Virus record (IMG/VR): IMGVR_UViG_3300030106_005234
Length of the DNA: 20,000 bases
Strand: one strand, 5' to 3'
Origin: an uncultured virus (IMG/VR IMGVR_UViG_3300030106_005234)
Taxonomy: Duplodnaviria > Heunggongvirae > Uroviricota > Caudoviricetes
A program made the position numbers and the translations under genes. The notes under the pieces were generated by a model, which was not told the DNA's origin, did not search any database, and was given only the letters and a program-made list of their open reading frames with translations. Numbering within the stretch: the stretch's first letter is position 1; the number at the start of each line of letters is the position of its first letter. Below are positions 8,158 through 17,001 of the stretch, in pieces.

Positions 8158-11100
8158 CACTTTTGATGGCCTCACGTTCCGACTCGCCAAAGATATCTTC
8201 GTATAGATACTTGCCGGCTTCATACCCCGGAAGCGTTCTTAAAAAAGCCCTTGCCATGGGCAGTTGAGGCTGAACGGCCTCTACAATTGGCCTTGTTAGT
8301 TGCGCTATACCCTCTTGAGCCTTCCGGCTCATCTCCCTCCCCTCGGGTGTTGACGGCTCATAATCTAATGCTTCGGTCACTTTTTGCTTTACCGCTCTTG
8401 CCCTTGCCGCCGACAACTCATCCATCATGTCTAACGTATCACGATCTGCCCCGTACAGTTTAGCGGCCAATCTGCGCGGCAAATCTGTTGTGTACGACCC
8501 AAAACCTGCCGCACCTCCGACCGCCGGAGAATACATGGCTGAAAGCGCATCAAGCCCTGCTTCAACACCGGCAAGATTTTTTTTCATTTCTTTTACTTTG
8601 GCTTGAGTTTCCGGCGTCATTGTCGCTGCGCCAACACCTACGCCAGCCGGAATCAATACTGGTGGTGCGCTTGCGAGTATGTTGGCAGAGTCTTTTTGAG
8701 CAGGATCAAACTTCGCATTGATTGAGCGAATCAGATTCTCGTTACCGGGGAAGACGATGGTGTGCATTTTCCCTGCACCCATACCTGCAAACTTTTCGCC
8801 CGCCGTATTGTCAACGACGCCCTTGTAGCCTAAATCAACCAGCACGTCCTGCATGATCTGGCCGTTACTCAAATACTCACCAGTTTCAAAGTCTGGGTTC
8901 AAATAGCCGCGAACAATATCATTGATCGTAGTAAAATCTATTTGACCGTCTTCCATGACGGACTCAATTACATCGTCAACCGCTTCCTCTCTTGCGCCTG
9001 CCTTTCTAAGGCTGTATGCAAGTTCTGCGGTTTGGCTTTCATAGTCAGTGTTTTCGAGTTCGTTAGCGTACTCGAATACAGCGTCCTCATAATCATTATC
9101 GCTTTCAAAGTCAGATCGGTTAATTTCCTCTCTGGCGGATTCGTAATACTGATCTCGATCAATCTTAATAACGGTTTTGTTTTTGCCGCCTATCACTGCG
9201 AAATCTTTGTTATTTACAAAAACCGGGTAAATAACCCCATCATTCGGGCCTTTTAAGATAGTTGTGGCCGCGAGTTCTACTGCTGTTGTAAGCGCGTTAA
9301 GGTCTCGCTTTTTATAAAACTTATCGACCAGCCCCTTAATCTTGGCAACTACTTTTGGATCTCCTATCTTGTCCCAAAATTCGGGATTAAGCTGCGCTTT
9401 CAGCATCGAATCGCCTTTCAAACTTTCTTCTATTTTTTCAGCAAGATCACTTATACGCACGGCCAAGTCTGGCCCCTTGCCTGCATAGTTTCTTGAAGCA
9501 TCGCTTGGAGAAACTGTGAAATAAGTGCCTTTTCCAAAATCATTGTCTGCATAGAGGCTGGGGGCAAACTCTGTGATATTAAACGTGGAGCCATGGTACA
9601 AGATTTGATCGGTGTCCATATCCATTCGATCTGCCTTCAGCATTTGCTCGGCAAATTGTTTTAAGGCACCAGCCTCAACCTCTTGTGGGGTCACCAATCC
9701 AGCCGATAGCAACGTAAACGTCAAAGCACCGCCGGTCATTCCGGTGATTGAATTTACGTCTACGCCGCGAGCCTCCATACGACGCAAGATGTCTTCAGTG
9801 ATCGTGCCGCCATAAGGCTTCATCTGTAGCGCCCGAATCTCTTTCTTTGTTGGGCTGGCTGGGTCTTTTACTTTTTTCTGAGCTTTTCCAAACCGAGCTT
9901 CTGGCAACAAGTCAAAAGCCGTTGCCGCGCCTGCCTTCCTGAGCACGCCGAGACCAGTGCCGGGTACTGCATAAGGATACGAGGGGTGATCAGACTCAAA
10001 TATATCGATGTCGGCAAAAATGCGGCCTACGTTCTGAATGCCTGCGTCTCTGGCCGTGAGCTGCGTGGGGTCAGCATTGATCAGTCGCGCCGCGCCGATG
10101 GACAAGCCGCCTTTATTGCGGAACTCCACGTCCATCATGTTCATGAGTTCTTTCCGAACAGAGTCCGGGGTGTTACGCCAAACTTCCACCGAGCTTGGAT
10201 CATCTATGCCCTTCCACCCTTCAATCTTTCGGCCAGCGCCAACCCGCTTACCTTTGACCATTTTGCCTGTGGTTTCATAAGACCTTATAGCCTTGTCCAA
10301 AGCCTTCTTCGTCGTCTTGGTCATATTGGCTGCGGCATAACCGAGCATCAATTCACCTGTCGTTGTAGAAAAGTCTCCGCCTGTTGGGGCCATGCGCCAC
10401 GGGATGTACAGCGGGTCTTTGCCAGACTTGGATTTTAAATCCCTGGCTAACTGTAAAATTTCACGGGACGGTTTCTCTGCTGATGACCACACCGCGCTGG
10501 GGTTGTTGAACATAAAGTCCTGACCGCCCGGCAGGTAGATAGGATCGACTAGCTCAACTCGATTGATGCTTTTCACGTCGCCACCGGCACGGGTTCTGTC
10601 GGTCATCGAGGTGACAAAGTCTTCACCCTCAAGTTCTGATAGCGCCAGCCGAGGCATAGGCCGCGTGTAATTGCTGCCAATGATCTCAGCCTCAAGGTTG
10701 CGGAGCATTTCCTGCTCCCTTTTCCTTGGATCAAACCGTGGGTCGAAATCACCTTTGATGATTAGGTCGGCAATACCGCCGCCTCTGGCAAATTTGCGTA
10801 TCTGCCCACCTTCCGCTTTCAACAAATCTGGCGAATCAAGGTCTTCAAACTCAGCATAGATTGAGCGAATATCGGAAGGCTCGAAAACGGCGAAGGTCGA
10901 GTATTCGGGCGATTCTATATCCGCCTTTGTCGCGGTGCTTTCTTTCAAAAACATTGAGTCATAGCCCTTGGTCTTTAGAAACCTTACGACCTCTGGGTTC
11001 TCATACAGCAAATAGTTTCCCGACTTGTAGCCATCTCTAAGTTGCGGAAGGTCTTGGCTAAACGGAGAATCCATTCTTTCTTTCCCAAACAGCTCTTCCA

Positions 11101-11869
11101 GCACCTCGTAATCTTTATGCGGCACAAATGGTTTTTTGGCTCTTGTGACCACGGGGTAGATGGCGCTGTCGGCCTCTCGCTCTTCTTGATATAGTTGTTG
11201 TCTCTTGGGCCTTAATACTTCTTCGTAATACTGGCTACGTTGATCTTCTGGCAGTGATCTTAGTATCTCCTCTGCTTCTTCGTTGAGCTGTTCTATCTCT
11301 TTCCTCACGCCTTCAATGGCACCAGTGCCGCCTTGCCTTTCTTTAAATTTGCCCTTGCCAAGCCAGTTGTTTGCAAATTCTTTGTTTGGAGTCAGGAAAA
11401 CAAGCCCGTCATCATAACCGGGCACGAACTCATCGATGTCTTGCTTGCTGGCGTGGTACATGACGTTGTCGAAATCAAAACCCGCTTCTTTGGCTCGCAA
11501 TAACCGTTGCGCTGCCCTCGGAGCCTTCAAAACGCCACCAATAAGCGGCCCGGCGACAGGAATTACACTCGCGACATCGCCTACGCCGCCCAATCCCTGC
11601 AATAACGCGGACAGATAATCGCCTTCGCGCAAATTTTCACGCAGGCTGGGTGCCCTCGGACCCGACATCATCTGCTCCACCGTCATGTTCCCTCGCGGAA
11701 ACTCTGGAAACTCTCCAAAAATATCTATGGTTGCAGATTTCGGCGCAAAAGACGCTGCCAGGTTCGCAAGTTGCGCTGGCGTTAGCGAAGGAAGAGGACT
11801 GGTGGCGCGAGAACCCCTGACGCGGCGAGGTTCAGGCTCGAAAATATCAACGTCATCCATCGAAGACAT
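8138..11869 (-). CDS. Large polyvalent protein with two ADP-ribosyltransferase-like (ART-PolyVal-type) domains; probably virion-packaged/injected
   Basis: Two copies of the pattern YH[AG]S...F...G[LT][VY]F...IYPV...GY.....VF.P...IRSI.A.F: about 11490-10845 and about 9620-8700. They are separated by a KAEGG...FARGGG linker and an unassigned domain of about 350 aa. Confidence 0.75.
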   Translation of the reverse strand: MSSMDDVDIFEPEPRRVRGSRATSPLPSLTPAQLANLAASFAPKSATIDIFGEFPEFPRGNMTVEQMMSGPRAPSLRENLREGDYLSALLQGLGGVGDVASVIPVAGPLIGGVLKAPRAAQRLLRAKEAGFDFDNVMYHASKQDIDEFVPGYDDGLVFLTPNKEFANNWLGKGKFKERQGGTGAIEGVRKEIEQLNEEAEEILRSLPEDQRSQYYEEVLRPKRQQLYQEEREADSAIYPVVTRAKKPFVPHKDYEVLEELFGKERMDSPFSQDLPQLRDGYKSGNYLLYENPEVVRFLKTKGYDSMFLKESTATKADIESPEYSTFAVFEPSDIRSIYAEFEDLDSPDLLKAEGGQIRKFARGGGIADLIIKGDFDPRFDPRKREQEMLRNLEAEIIGSNYTRPMPRLALSELEGEDFVTSMTDRTRAGGDVKSINRVELVDPIYLPGGQDFMFNNPSAVWSSAEKPSREILQLARDLKSKSGKDPLYIPWRMAPTGGDFSTTTGELMLGYAAANMTKTTKKALDKAIRSYETTGKMVKGKRVGAGRKIEGWKGIDDPSSVEVWRNTPDSVRKELMNMMDVEFRNKGGLSIGAARLINADPTQLTARDAGIQNVGRIFADIDIFESDHPSYPYAVPGTGLGVLRKAGAATAFDLLPEARFGKAQKKVKDPASPTKKEIRALQMKPYGGTITEDILRRMEARGVDVNSITGMTGGALTFTLLSAGLVTPQEVEAGALKQFAEQMLKADRMDMDTDQILYHGSTFNITEFAPSLYADNDFGKGTYFTVSPSDASRNYAGKGPDLAVRISDLAEKIEESLKGDSMLKAQLNPEFWDKIGDPKVVAKIKGLVDKFYKKRDLNALTTAVELAATTILKGPNDGVIYPVFVNNKDFAVIGGKNKTVIKIDRDQYYESAREEINRSDFESDNDYEDAVFEYANELENTDYESQTAELAYSLRKAGAREEAVDDVIESVMEDGQIDFTTINDIVRGYLNPDFETGEYLSNGQIMQDVLVDLGYKGVVDNTAGEKFAGMGAGKMHTIVFPGNENLIRSINAKFDPAQKDSANILASAPPVLIPAGVGVGAATMTPETQAKVKEMKKNLAGVEAGLDALSAMYSPAVGGAAGFGSYTTDLPRRLAAKLYGADRDTLDMMDELSAARARAVKQKVTEALDYEPSTPEGREMSRKAQEGIAQLTRPIVEAVQPQLPMARAFLRTLPGYEAGKYLYEDIFGESEREAIKSAMDVAL

Positions 11870-12280
11870 CTACGCGGCCTCTCGATGTGCATCAAACCGA
11901 GACTTCAGCAGCGAAAACCACTCGTCAAGAGTAATCACCGCTGTCCGAGAGTTGTCTCGCGCCATATTTTCGTTGATCGCATACAAGGGCAGGCATACCC
12001 GGATGGCTTTGTTGTTGAATTTGTAGATTAAAACAGGCGTATCATCACCGCACGCTTCGCACACTTGGTCCCACCAGGCGGGTGCGTACCACCAACCAGA
12101 TTTATATGCCTTACACTCGATAGCGTGGCCGGGGATCTGGATGTCACAAAGGTCGGCGGTCTGATATTGATCGAGGTTTCGTTTGCAACTAAAACCAAAT
12201 TCGTTCTCGCTGGCAAAAGCATTGATTCGCTTCACGATATCGCGCTCGAATGTCGCGCCCTTTGTGCGTGAGTCTGCCAT
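11870..12280 (-). CDS. Holliday junction resolvase-like PD-(D/E)XK nuclease
   Basis: SRTKGATFERDI...CDI...IECK...WWDQV...PVLIYK, the Hjc-like pattern found in phages. Confidence 0.85.
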   Translation of the reverse strand: MADSRTKGATFERDIVKRINAFASENEFGFSCKRNLDQYQTADLCDIQIPGHAIECKAYKSGWWYAPAWWDQVCEACGDDTPVLIYKFNNKAIRVCLPLYAINENMARDNSRTAVITLDEWFSLLKSRFDAHREAA

Positions 12281-12304
12281 CGATACATCTTAAAAAATTA
12301 AAAT

Positions 12305-12333
12305 TTGGAAATACATCTCAGATGCGGTACCTT
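12305..12333 (+). promoter_or_regulatory. Candidate plus-strand promoter (opposite orientation to flanking genes)
   Basis: AT-rich UP-like tract, then TTGGAA-17 bp-TACCTT. Shares GATGCGGTA with the leftward promoter at 6689-6717. Confidence 0.4.
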
Positions 12334-12339
12334 GAGGGC

Positions 12340-12418
12340 GCCTGTCTGGGCAAATGCCTGTCTACTCGGCCACACGTTTCATCCTCTCCCAAAAAAACCG
12401 GGTAGGCAGGTATCTTTT
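12340..12418 (+). ncRNA. Candidate small RNA: 16-bp stem with C/U-rich loop
   Basis: ATGCCTGTCTACTCGG (12354-12369) pairs with CCGGGTAGGCAGGTAT (12398-12413) using 3 G-U wobbles that exist only on the + strand. The loop contains TCATCCTCTCCC; CTTTT follows. Confidence 0.5.
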
Positions 12419-13313
12419 ATCTGAAGCCGCTACCACGCATCATCGCTAGTTGTCTTGGGCCTTGCTGTTGCGCGAAATTCATTGGCGGTTGCATCGATCC
12501 GATGCCCATTTGGGTCGAACGAAGGCGGTTCAAACTTTCTGGGCCTTGTGTTCTCAACATCGGCATGGGGCGTCCGCCTTGTTGTTGCAATGATCTCATG
12601 ATATCTGGACCAAAGAAGTCTCTTGCCCGGTCTTGTGATGGTAAGGTCGGGCCTCCGCCTTGTTGTTGCAGTTGTGCTTGCGCTCTTAAACCCGCCCCTT
12701 GGTCCACGGGTTGGCCTCTCAGCCTTCCTAACTGCTGCCCTAACTGCTGCCCTAACTGCTGTTGCCGCAGCATATTTTGCCTCGCTTGCATCATTGGGTT
12801 GCCCATCATTGGGTTGCCCATCATGCCGCCAAACCGTTGGTTCATGCCGCCAAATTGGCCCATCTGGCCTCCGAAACGGTTACCAAAGCCGCCCATACCG
12901 CCCATACCGCCCATACCGTACATCGGCTGGGGCTGAGGTCGCATCATGCCGCCGAACTGGTTGCCAAAGCCGCCAAATTGGCTTGGCATTCCGCCAAATT
13001 GATTGCCCATACCGCCGAATTGGCCTCCGTAGCCGCCCATTCTGCCAAATTGGCCACCCATGCCTCCGGGCTGGCCGCCAAAACCGCCAAACTGACCGCC
13101 AAAACCGCCCATGGGGCGCTGGGGCTGCATCATGTTGCCATACATGCCGCCGCCAAAACCGCCCATCGGTTGTTGCGGTTGCATCATGTTGCCGAATTGC
13201 TGTTGTGGTGGCTGAGCAGGTCGCGCTTGGAATGATTGGAATTGCTGCGGTTGCAACGGTTGCGGTTGTGCCAACTGAGCACGGGATGGAGATTGCGAAA
13301 ATGGGCTGAACAT
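12417..13313 (-). CDS. Gly/Gln/Met/Pro-rich low-complexity, probably disordered protein (298 aa)
   Basis: Repeats GGQFGG, NQFGG, GGMGGM, MMGNP and QQLG with synonymous codon variation that keeps this frame. Same strand as its neighbours. Confidence 0.75.
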   Translation of the reverse strand: MFSPFSQSPSRAQLAQPQPLQPQQFQSFQARPAQPPQQQFGNMMQPQQPMGGFGGGMYGNMMQPQRPMGGFGGQFGGFGGQPGGMGGQFGRMGGYGGQFGGMGNQFGGMPSQFGGFGNQFGGMMRPQPQPMYGMGGMGGMGGFGNRFGGQMGQFGGMNQRFGGMMGNPMMGNPMMQARQNMLRQQQLGQQLGQQLGRLRGQPVDQGAGLRAQAQLQQQGGGPTLPSQDRARDFFGPDIMRSLQQQGGRPMPMLRTQGPESLNRLRSTQMGIGSMQPPMNFAQQQGPRQLAMMRGSGFR

Positions 13314-13637
13314 CGCTGGCGCCTGTGATGGTTGTGGAAACCATGATGGCGCAAGGGGGTGGGTGAGGTCAATCGGGATTTGCGTTGGGGATTTTTGGGG
13401 ACTGAATGTCCCAAACCTTGCTATAGCTATCGCGCTCGCCGCGCTCGCTATATAGGGGGGTGCGGGGGTCGCAATCTAACGCGATTTGACTGGCTTTTTC
13501 TGGACCCATAGGGTTCCTTATGCCGTGACACCGACCGCCTGTGCGCCTCTTGTGTGCGTTCTGACGCACAGAAACCAGTAGATCAGAGGTTACCGGGCAC
13601 ACCGCGTATCGCCCCTGCTCAGGCAGGGCCAATCCAA

Positions 13638-13849
13638 GTTAGTAATCACTAACATAAACGCAATTGTAACTAATTGATTTAACTAATTTTTCTTAAAAAT
13701 TTAACATAATTCGGGATTTTCCCCAGATTCTGAGGTTCTGGGCGGGAGGAGGGGCTAGAACGATGTTGAGCCTTAGCAGGACTGCGATACGCTAACCCAG
13801 CCAACCTCTAATCTTATGTTAGTGATCACTAACGTTAGTGGTTACTAAC
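13638..13849. repeat. Three copies of a 16-bp palindrome GTTAGTGATCACTAAC
   Basis: 13638-13653 GTTAGTAATCACTAAC; 13818-13833 GTTAGTGATCACTAAC (perfect); 13834-13849 GTTAGTGGTTACTAAC. Confidence 0.85.
13667..13679 (-). promoter_or_regulatory. IHF-consensus binding site
   Basis: Minus strand AATCAATTAGTTA matches WATCAANNNNTTR and lies in an AT-rich patch. Confidence 0.55.
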
Positions 13850-13856
13850 TTTAGTG

Positions 13857-14387
13857 CTAGTGATCTTTATCGCTCATCTCGCTATCTACGCCGAGCAGCT
13901 CGTTCAGCCGGTGCTTGATATCTTCCTTCGTCATTTTCTGGAGGTCAGCGTTGATGTTCAAGTTTTGACTGCGGTGGATTGTCAAGCCGGCAAGCTGGTT
14001 CAGTTCTTTGACCGCGCTCACCGCTGCGTTAAATGCGCCGCTCTCAAAAGCCGTTTCGGCAATGTTCCACAACATGGCCCCAGTTTTCTGAGGTGTCACC
14101 GCGTACTTCTCGCGCAGCTCATCCTGCTTTACCCGCACGGCTCTCGTCACCTTCGGGAAGTCGTTGCCGTTCAGCATCTTCGTCGCGGCGCTCGCCGGGA
14201 AAGAGAACCCAGCTCTCCTTGCCGCTTCCGTTTGCCCACACGCACCTTCCGTGTAGTGCCACACGAAAGCCGCCTGCATGTCTGTGATGCCAGCCTCGTC
14301 ATCCGCAAGGAAAGTTTGCGGCGTCTCGACCAGTTGCCTCCGCTCTTTCTTTGGCCGACCTGGTTTTCTCTTTACATCGTCAGCCAT
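13857..14387 (-). CDS. terS: Terminase small subunit
   Basis: ITDMQAAFVWHY...QTEAARRAGFS..ASAATKML (HTH), then AAVSAVKELNQLAGL. This is the classic TerS pattern. Confidence 0.85.
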   Translation of the reverse strand: MADDVKRKPGRPKKERRQLVETPQTFLADDEAGITDMQAAFVWHYTEGACGQTEAARRAGFSFPASAATKMLNGNDFPKVTRAVRVKQDELREKYAVTPQKTGAMLWNIAETAFESGAFNAAVSAVKELNQLAGLTIHRSQNLNINADLQKMTKEDIKHRLNELLGVDSEMSDKDH

Positions 14388-14545
14388 CCACTCCTCCGCA
14401 GCTCGTCAAACAATCGTCTCGCCTCCGCTTCCGTGAGCCTAGCAAGATCGAACGCTTCACGCTCGTCAGCATTCATGATTGCCCAGCACCTGAAGTTTTG
14501 GTCGTCGGTTTTGTCGTTATCCCACTCGAACTTATCCATCTCCAT
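14372..14545 (-). CDS. Small acidic hypothetical protein (start MEMDKFEWD or the second Met)
   Basis: GAGG RBS near 14550. FEWDNDKTDDQNFRCWAIMNADERE motif; overlaps the terS start. Confidence 0.7.
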   Translation of the reverse strand: MEMDKFEWDNDKTDDQNFRCWAIMNADEREAFDLARLTEAEARRLFDELRRSGWLTM

Positions 14546-14554
14546 TTCCTCGAA

Positions 14555-14760
14555 ACAGGGTACAAGAGTACAGGGTACAGCCATCAAAAACTTCCGTAAC
14601 TATTCCCAACATCCAAACTCTACGCGGCGTCCTCCCACTACTATATATATATGATATTATTTCTTAAGTAAGGTACCCTACCCTCCCTGTCCCTAAATAA
14701 ACCTATTAATCAATAACTTAGCAAAATCAAAAATAGGGTACCCTTTTTCCATGCCCTGCA
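14555..14760. other. Candidate replication origin
   Basis: Non-coding region downstream of the primase-helicase. ACAGGGTACA occurs twice (14555, 14570), inverted TACCCT/CCCT repeats at 14672-14694, palindrome AGGGTACCCT at 14735-14744, a central TATATATAT AT-rich tract, and IHF consensus AATCAATAACTTA at 14708-14720. Confidence 0.55.
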
Positions 14761-14766
14761 AAAAAA

Positions 14767-16926
14767 TCAATCCCAACCGCCAGAAAACTTATCGCCAACA
14801 CTTATGTCTACTTTTGTGTAGTCGAGGTCATACACCTTCTTCCCATTACTCTTTCGCGGCTCCTTGCCGTTAATAGACAGTACCCTGCTCGCGTCCTTGA
14901 TGTCGGGCATCCTCGGCTGGCTTATTCCGAGGTCGCGCAGCAGCTTCGTCATCTGCACAGGCTTGGTTTTGATACTGTCGAAATTGACGTGTTCGAGGAT
15001 CAAATCCTCGACGCTCGACTGCGTCCGATAATACTCATTCGAGTCCTGCAACATCTCTCGTTCTTCCGTCGTCAGGTACCAATTGAAGTTGGTGTTCGCA
15101 TACAGCGTCTCCCTCACCTCGGCCCACACCTGCTGCATGTCCAACCCATGGTCCGCGTCGATGGCTGTCACCGGGACGACCCAGAATCGACGGTTGCCGC
15201 TGGTATCGGTCAGGAACTCACGGGCGTTGACGCTCGCGTAAAAAGCGGTACGCCGCTGATAAACGGTAAACGCTCGGTCGTAAGGCAACCTCAACTCATC
15301 GTTCTTCTTGGTGACAAACGCTTTGAGCTGATCGATGTCGCTCTTCTTAAAGGTTGACTCAATCTCCCCCAGCTCCACAATCCAATGGGACACCGCCTGC
15401 TTGACGCTGTCTTTGTCACTCGGGTTCAACGTCGCACCTTCGAGCAACCACCCCCTGTCGTAGTCAGCCAGCCGCTTGAACCACAACGTTTTACCCAGTC
15501 CTTGCGCCCCTTGAAACACCAGTATTCCTTCCAACGCGACCCCGTCCGGTTCGCACGCCGCTGCCACGCAGCTCACCAACCACTTGGTCATCAGCATCTC
15601 TTTCAGCGGCTCGTTGCTGCTCTTAATCGTGTCCAGAAATGCTTGCAGGCGGTTCGTGCCGTCCCACGGCTTGCTCTCCATCCACTCCTTCACGGGGTTG
15701 TATTCCCTGGCCAGCAGCTTCAAGTAATCCCTGACGTTGGTGGCTGGCACGCCCCGATGGCGGCACCGATTCTCGACCTCAACAAGCGCCGCATCTTTCT
15801 TCAGGTCAGCGACAAAATCTTGGTGCGGTATCAATATCTCCAAATCTTTTTTGATGGCGTTGTAACGCAAATCGATCTTATTCATCTCCAGCACCGCCCT
15901 GACGTTTTCTTTGACGTTCAAGATCCGGTTCTTCTCGCTCTTGACTAGCGCCAGCTCGGACGGCACCTCGACGTTGCTCAACTCGGGCATCAGCTCGCCC
16001 TCAAGGGCGTGATCGTTATAGTCGCCCACGCTTTGCGGCATCAATACCTCAGCCTGCGACCCTTTCTGTTGCACCACCTGCGCCGCCTTGACTGCCGCCT
16101 TTTCTCCAGCCTCGCTTTCATCGAAATCCGCAATGAAAACGTGCTTTGCTTTTGGGAAATAACCGCTGATGATGTCTGCGACGACAGCGAGATTGTTGGC
16201 GCTGAAGCACACCACAACCGGCTGTCCGAGGTCCGCGTAGTAGCTGGCTCCCGTTGCATAGCCCTCGACGTAATTGATCGTATGCGCTTCTCGCATTTGC
16301 CCCGGATCGATAACGAAGAAGGCGCCGGATGTCTTGCTGCCCTTCATGAACAGCTTCGATCTTTCAGCGCCGTCGTTAATGAACTGAAGCCCAACGATAG
16401 CGAGCTGTGCATCGAGCAGCGGAATCACCAAAGTCTTGCCCTGCTCGCGCAAACCGTAACTCACCACGCCCTTTCGCGTCAGGTAGGGGTTGTCGTTGGA
16501 CGCCTCTGGCAGCGTTTCCCACAACTCCTTGGCTCGCTTCGCGGCCTGCGCCTGCTCGTCCTCCTTCTTCTGCGCCGCTCGCTCACGGTTAAGGCGTCTT
16601 TCCTCTTCCTGTTCAGGTGTCGGCTTGTGCTTGGCCGCGTTCTCAGGTTTCCACTTAGCGATTGGTTCATCGTTACTAATTGTGCGATCACCGCACCGTC
16701 CGAAGGGTATCTCTTGGTCAAGCCACACTTGATACCAGCCGACGAGTTTCTGCCTGCCGGCGACATCCATGTAAGCCCTGCCCACATCGCCACCGACCAC
16801 CAGACCCTTCTTCGGGTCAGGCGTCATGCCGTTGTCGACCAGGAACGCCTCAAACTCAGCGCGGAGATCTCCGCTCAGCGGCCTGCTGAAATCTTTGCTG
16901 TTGCCACCCGGTATTTTTAACGACAT
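14767..16926 (-). CDS. Primase-helicase fusion (TOPRIM primase + VapE/VirE-type P-loop ATPase)
   Basis: YLTRKG, GLQFI, EGYATGAS and IADFD (TOPRIM); Walker A GAQGLGKT, WIVELGE, LRLPYDR and FLTDTSGNRRFW (VapE-like). Confidence 0.92.
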   Translation of the reverse strand: MSLKIPGGNSKDFSRPLSGDLRAEFEAFLVDNGMTPDPKKGLVVGGDVGRAYMDVAGRQKLVGWYQVWLDQEIPFGRCGDRTISNDEPIAKWKPENAAKHKPTPEQEEERRLNRERAAQKKEDEQAQAAKRAKELWETLPEASNDNPYLTRKGVVSYGLREQGKTLVIPLLDAQLAIVGLQFINDGAERSKLFMKGSKTSGAFFVIDPGQMREAHTINYVEGYATGASYYADLGQPVVVCFSANNLAVVADIISGYFPKAKHVFIADFDESEAGEKAAVKAAQVVQQKGSQAEVLMPQSVGDYNDHALEGELMPELSNVEVPSELALVKSEKNRILNVKENVRAVLEMNKIDLRYNAIKKDLEILIPHQDFVADLKKDAALVEVENRCRHRGVPATNVRDYLKLLAREYNPVKEWMESKPWDGTNRLQAFLDTIKSSNEPLKEMLMTKWLVSCVAAACEPDGVALEGILVFQGAQGLGKTLWFKRLADYDRGWLLEGATLNPSDKDSVKQAVSHWIVELGEIESTFKKSDIDQLKAFVTKKNDELRLPYDRAFTVYQRRTAFYASVNAREFLTDTSGNRRFWVVPVTAIDADHGLDMQQVWAEVRETLYANTNFNWYLTTEEREMLQDSNEYYRTQSSVEDLILEHVNFDSIKTKPVQMTKLLRDLGISQPRMPDIKDASRVLSINGKEPRKSNGKKVYDLDYTKVDISVGDKFSGGWD

Positions 16927-16937
16927 CTATTTTTCCC

Positions 16938-16967
16938 TTGCATCGCTTTTCCAAAGAAGTGCATAAT
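16938..16967 (+). promoter_or_regulatory. Candidate promoter in the 75-bp divergent intergenic region
   Basis: TTGCAT-18 bp-CATAAT upstream of AAGGA/AAGGGA and ATG 17002. Confidence 0.45.
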
Positions 16968-17001
16968 AGTATTGAATTATACAACTACACAAGGAAAAGG
17001 G

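Noticed and set aside
12502..13344. Long alternative-frame and antisense ORFs over the Gly/Gln-rich gene
   Set aside because: These are by-products of repetitive, GC-rich, stop-poor sequence.
13854..16920. Plus-strand ORFs of 122-303 aa opposite terS and the primase-helicase
   Set aside because: Antisense shadows of well-supported genes, with no recognisable motifs.
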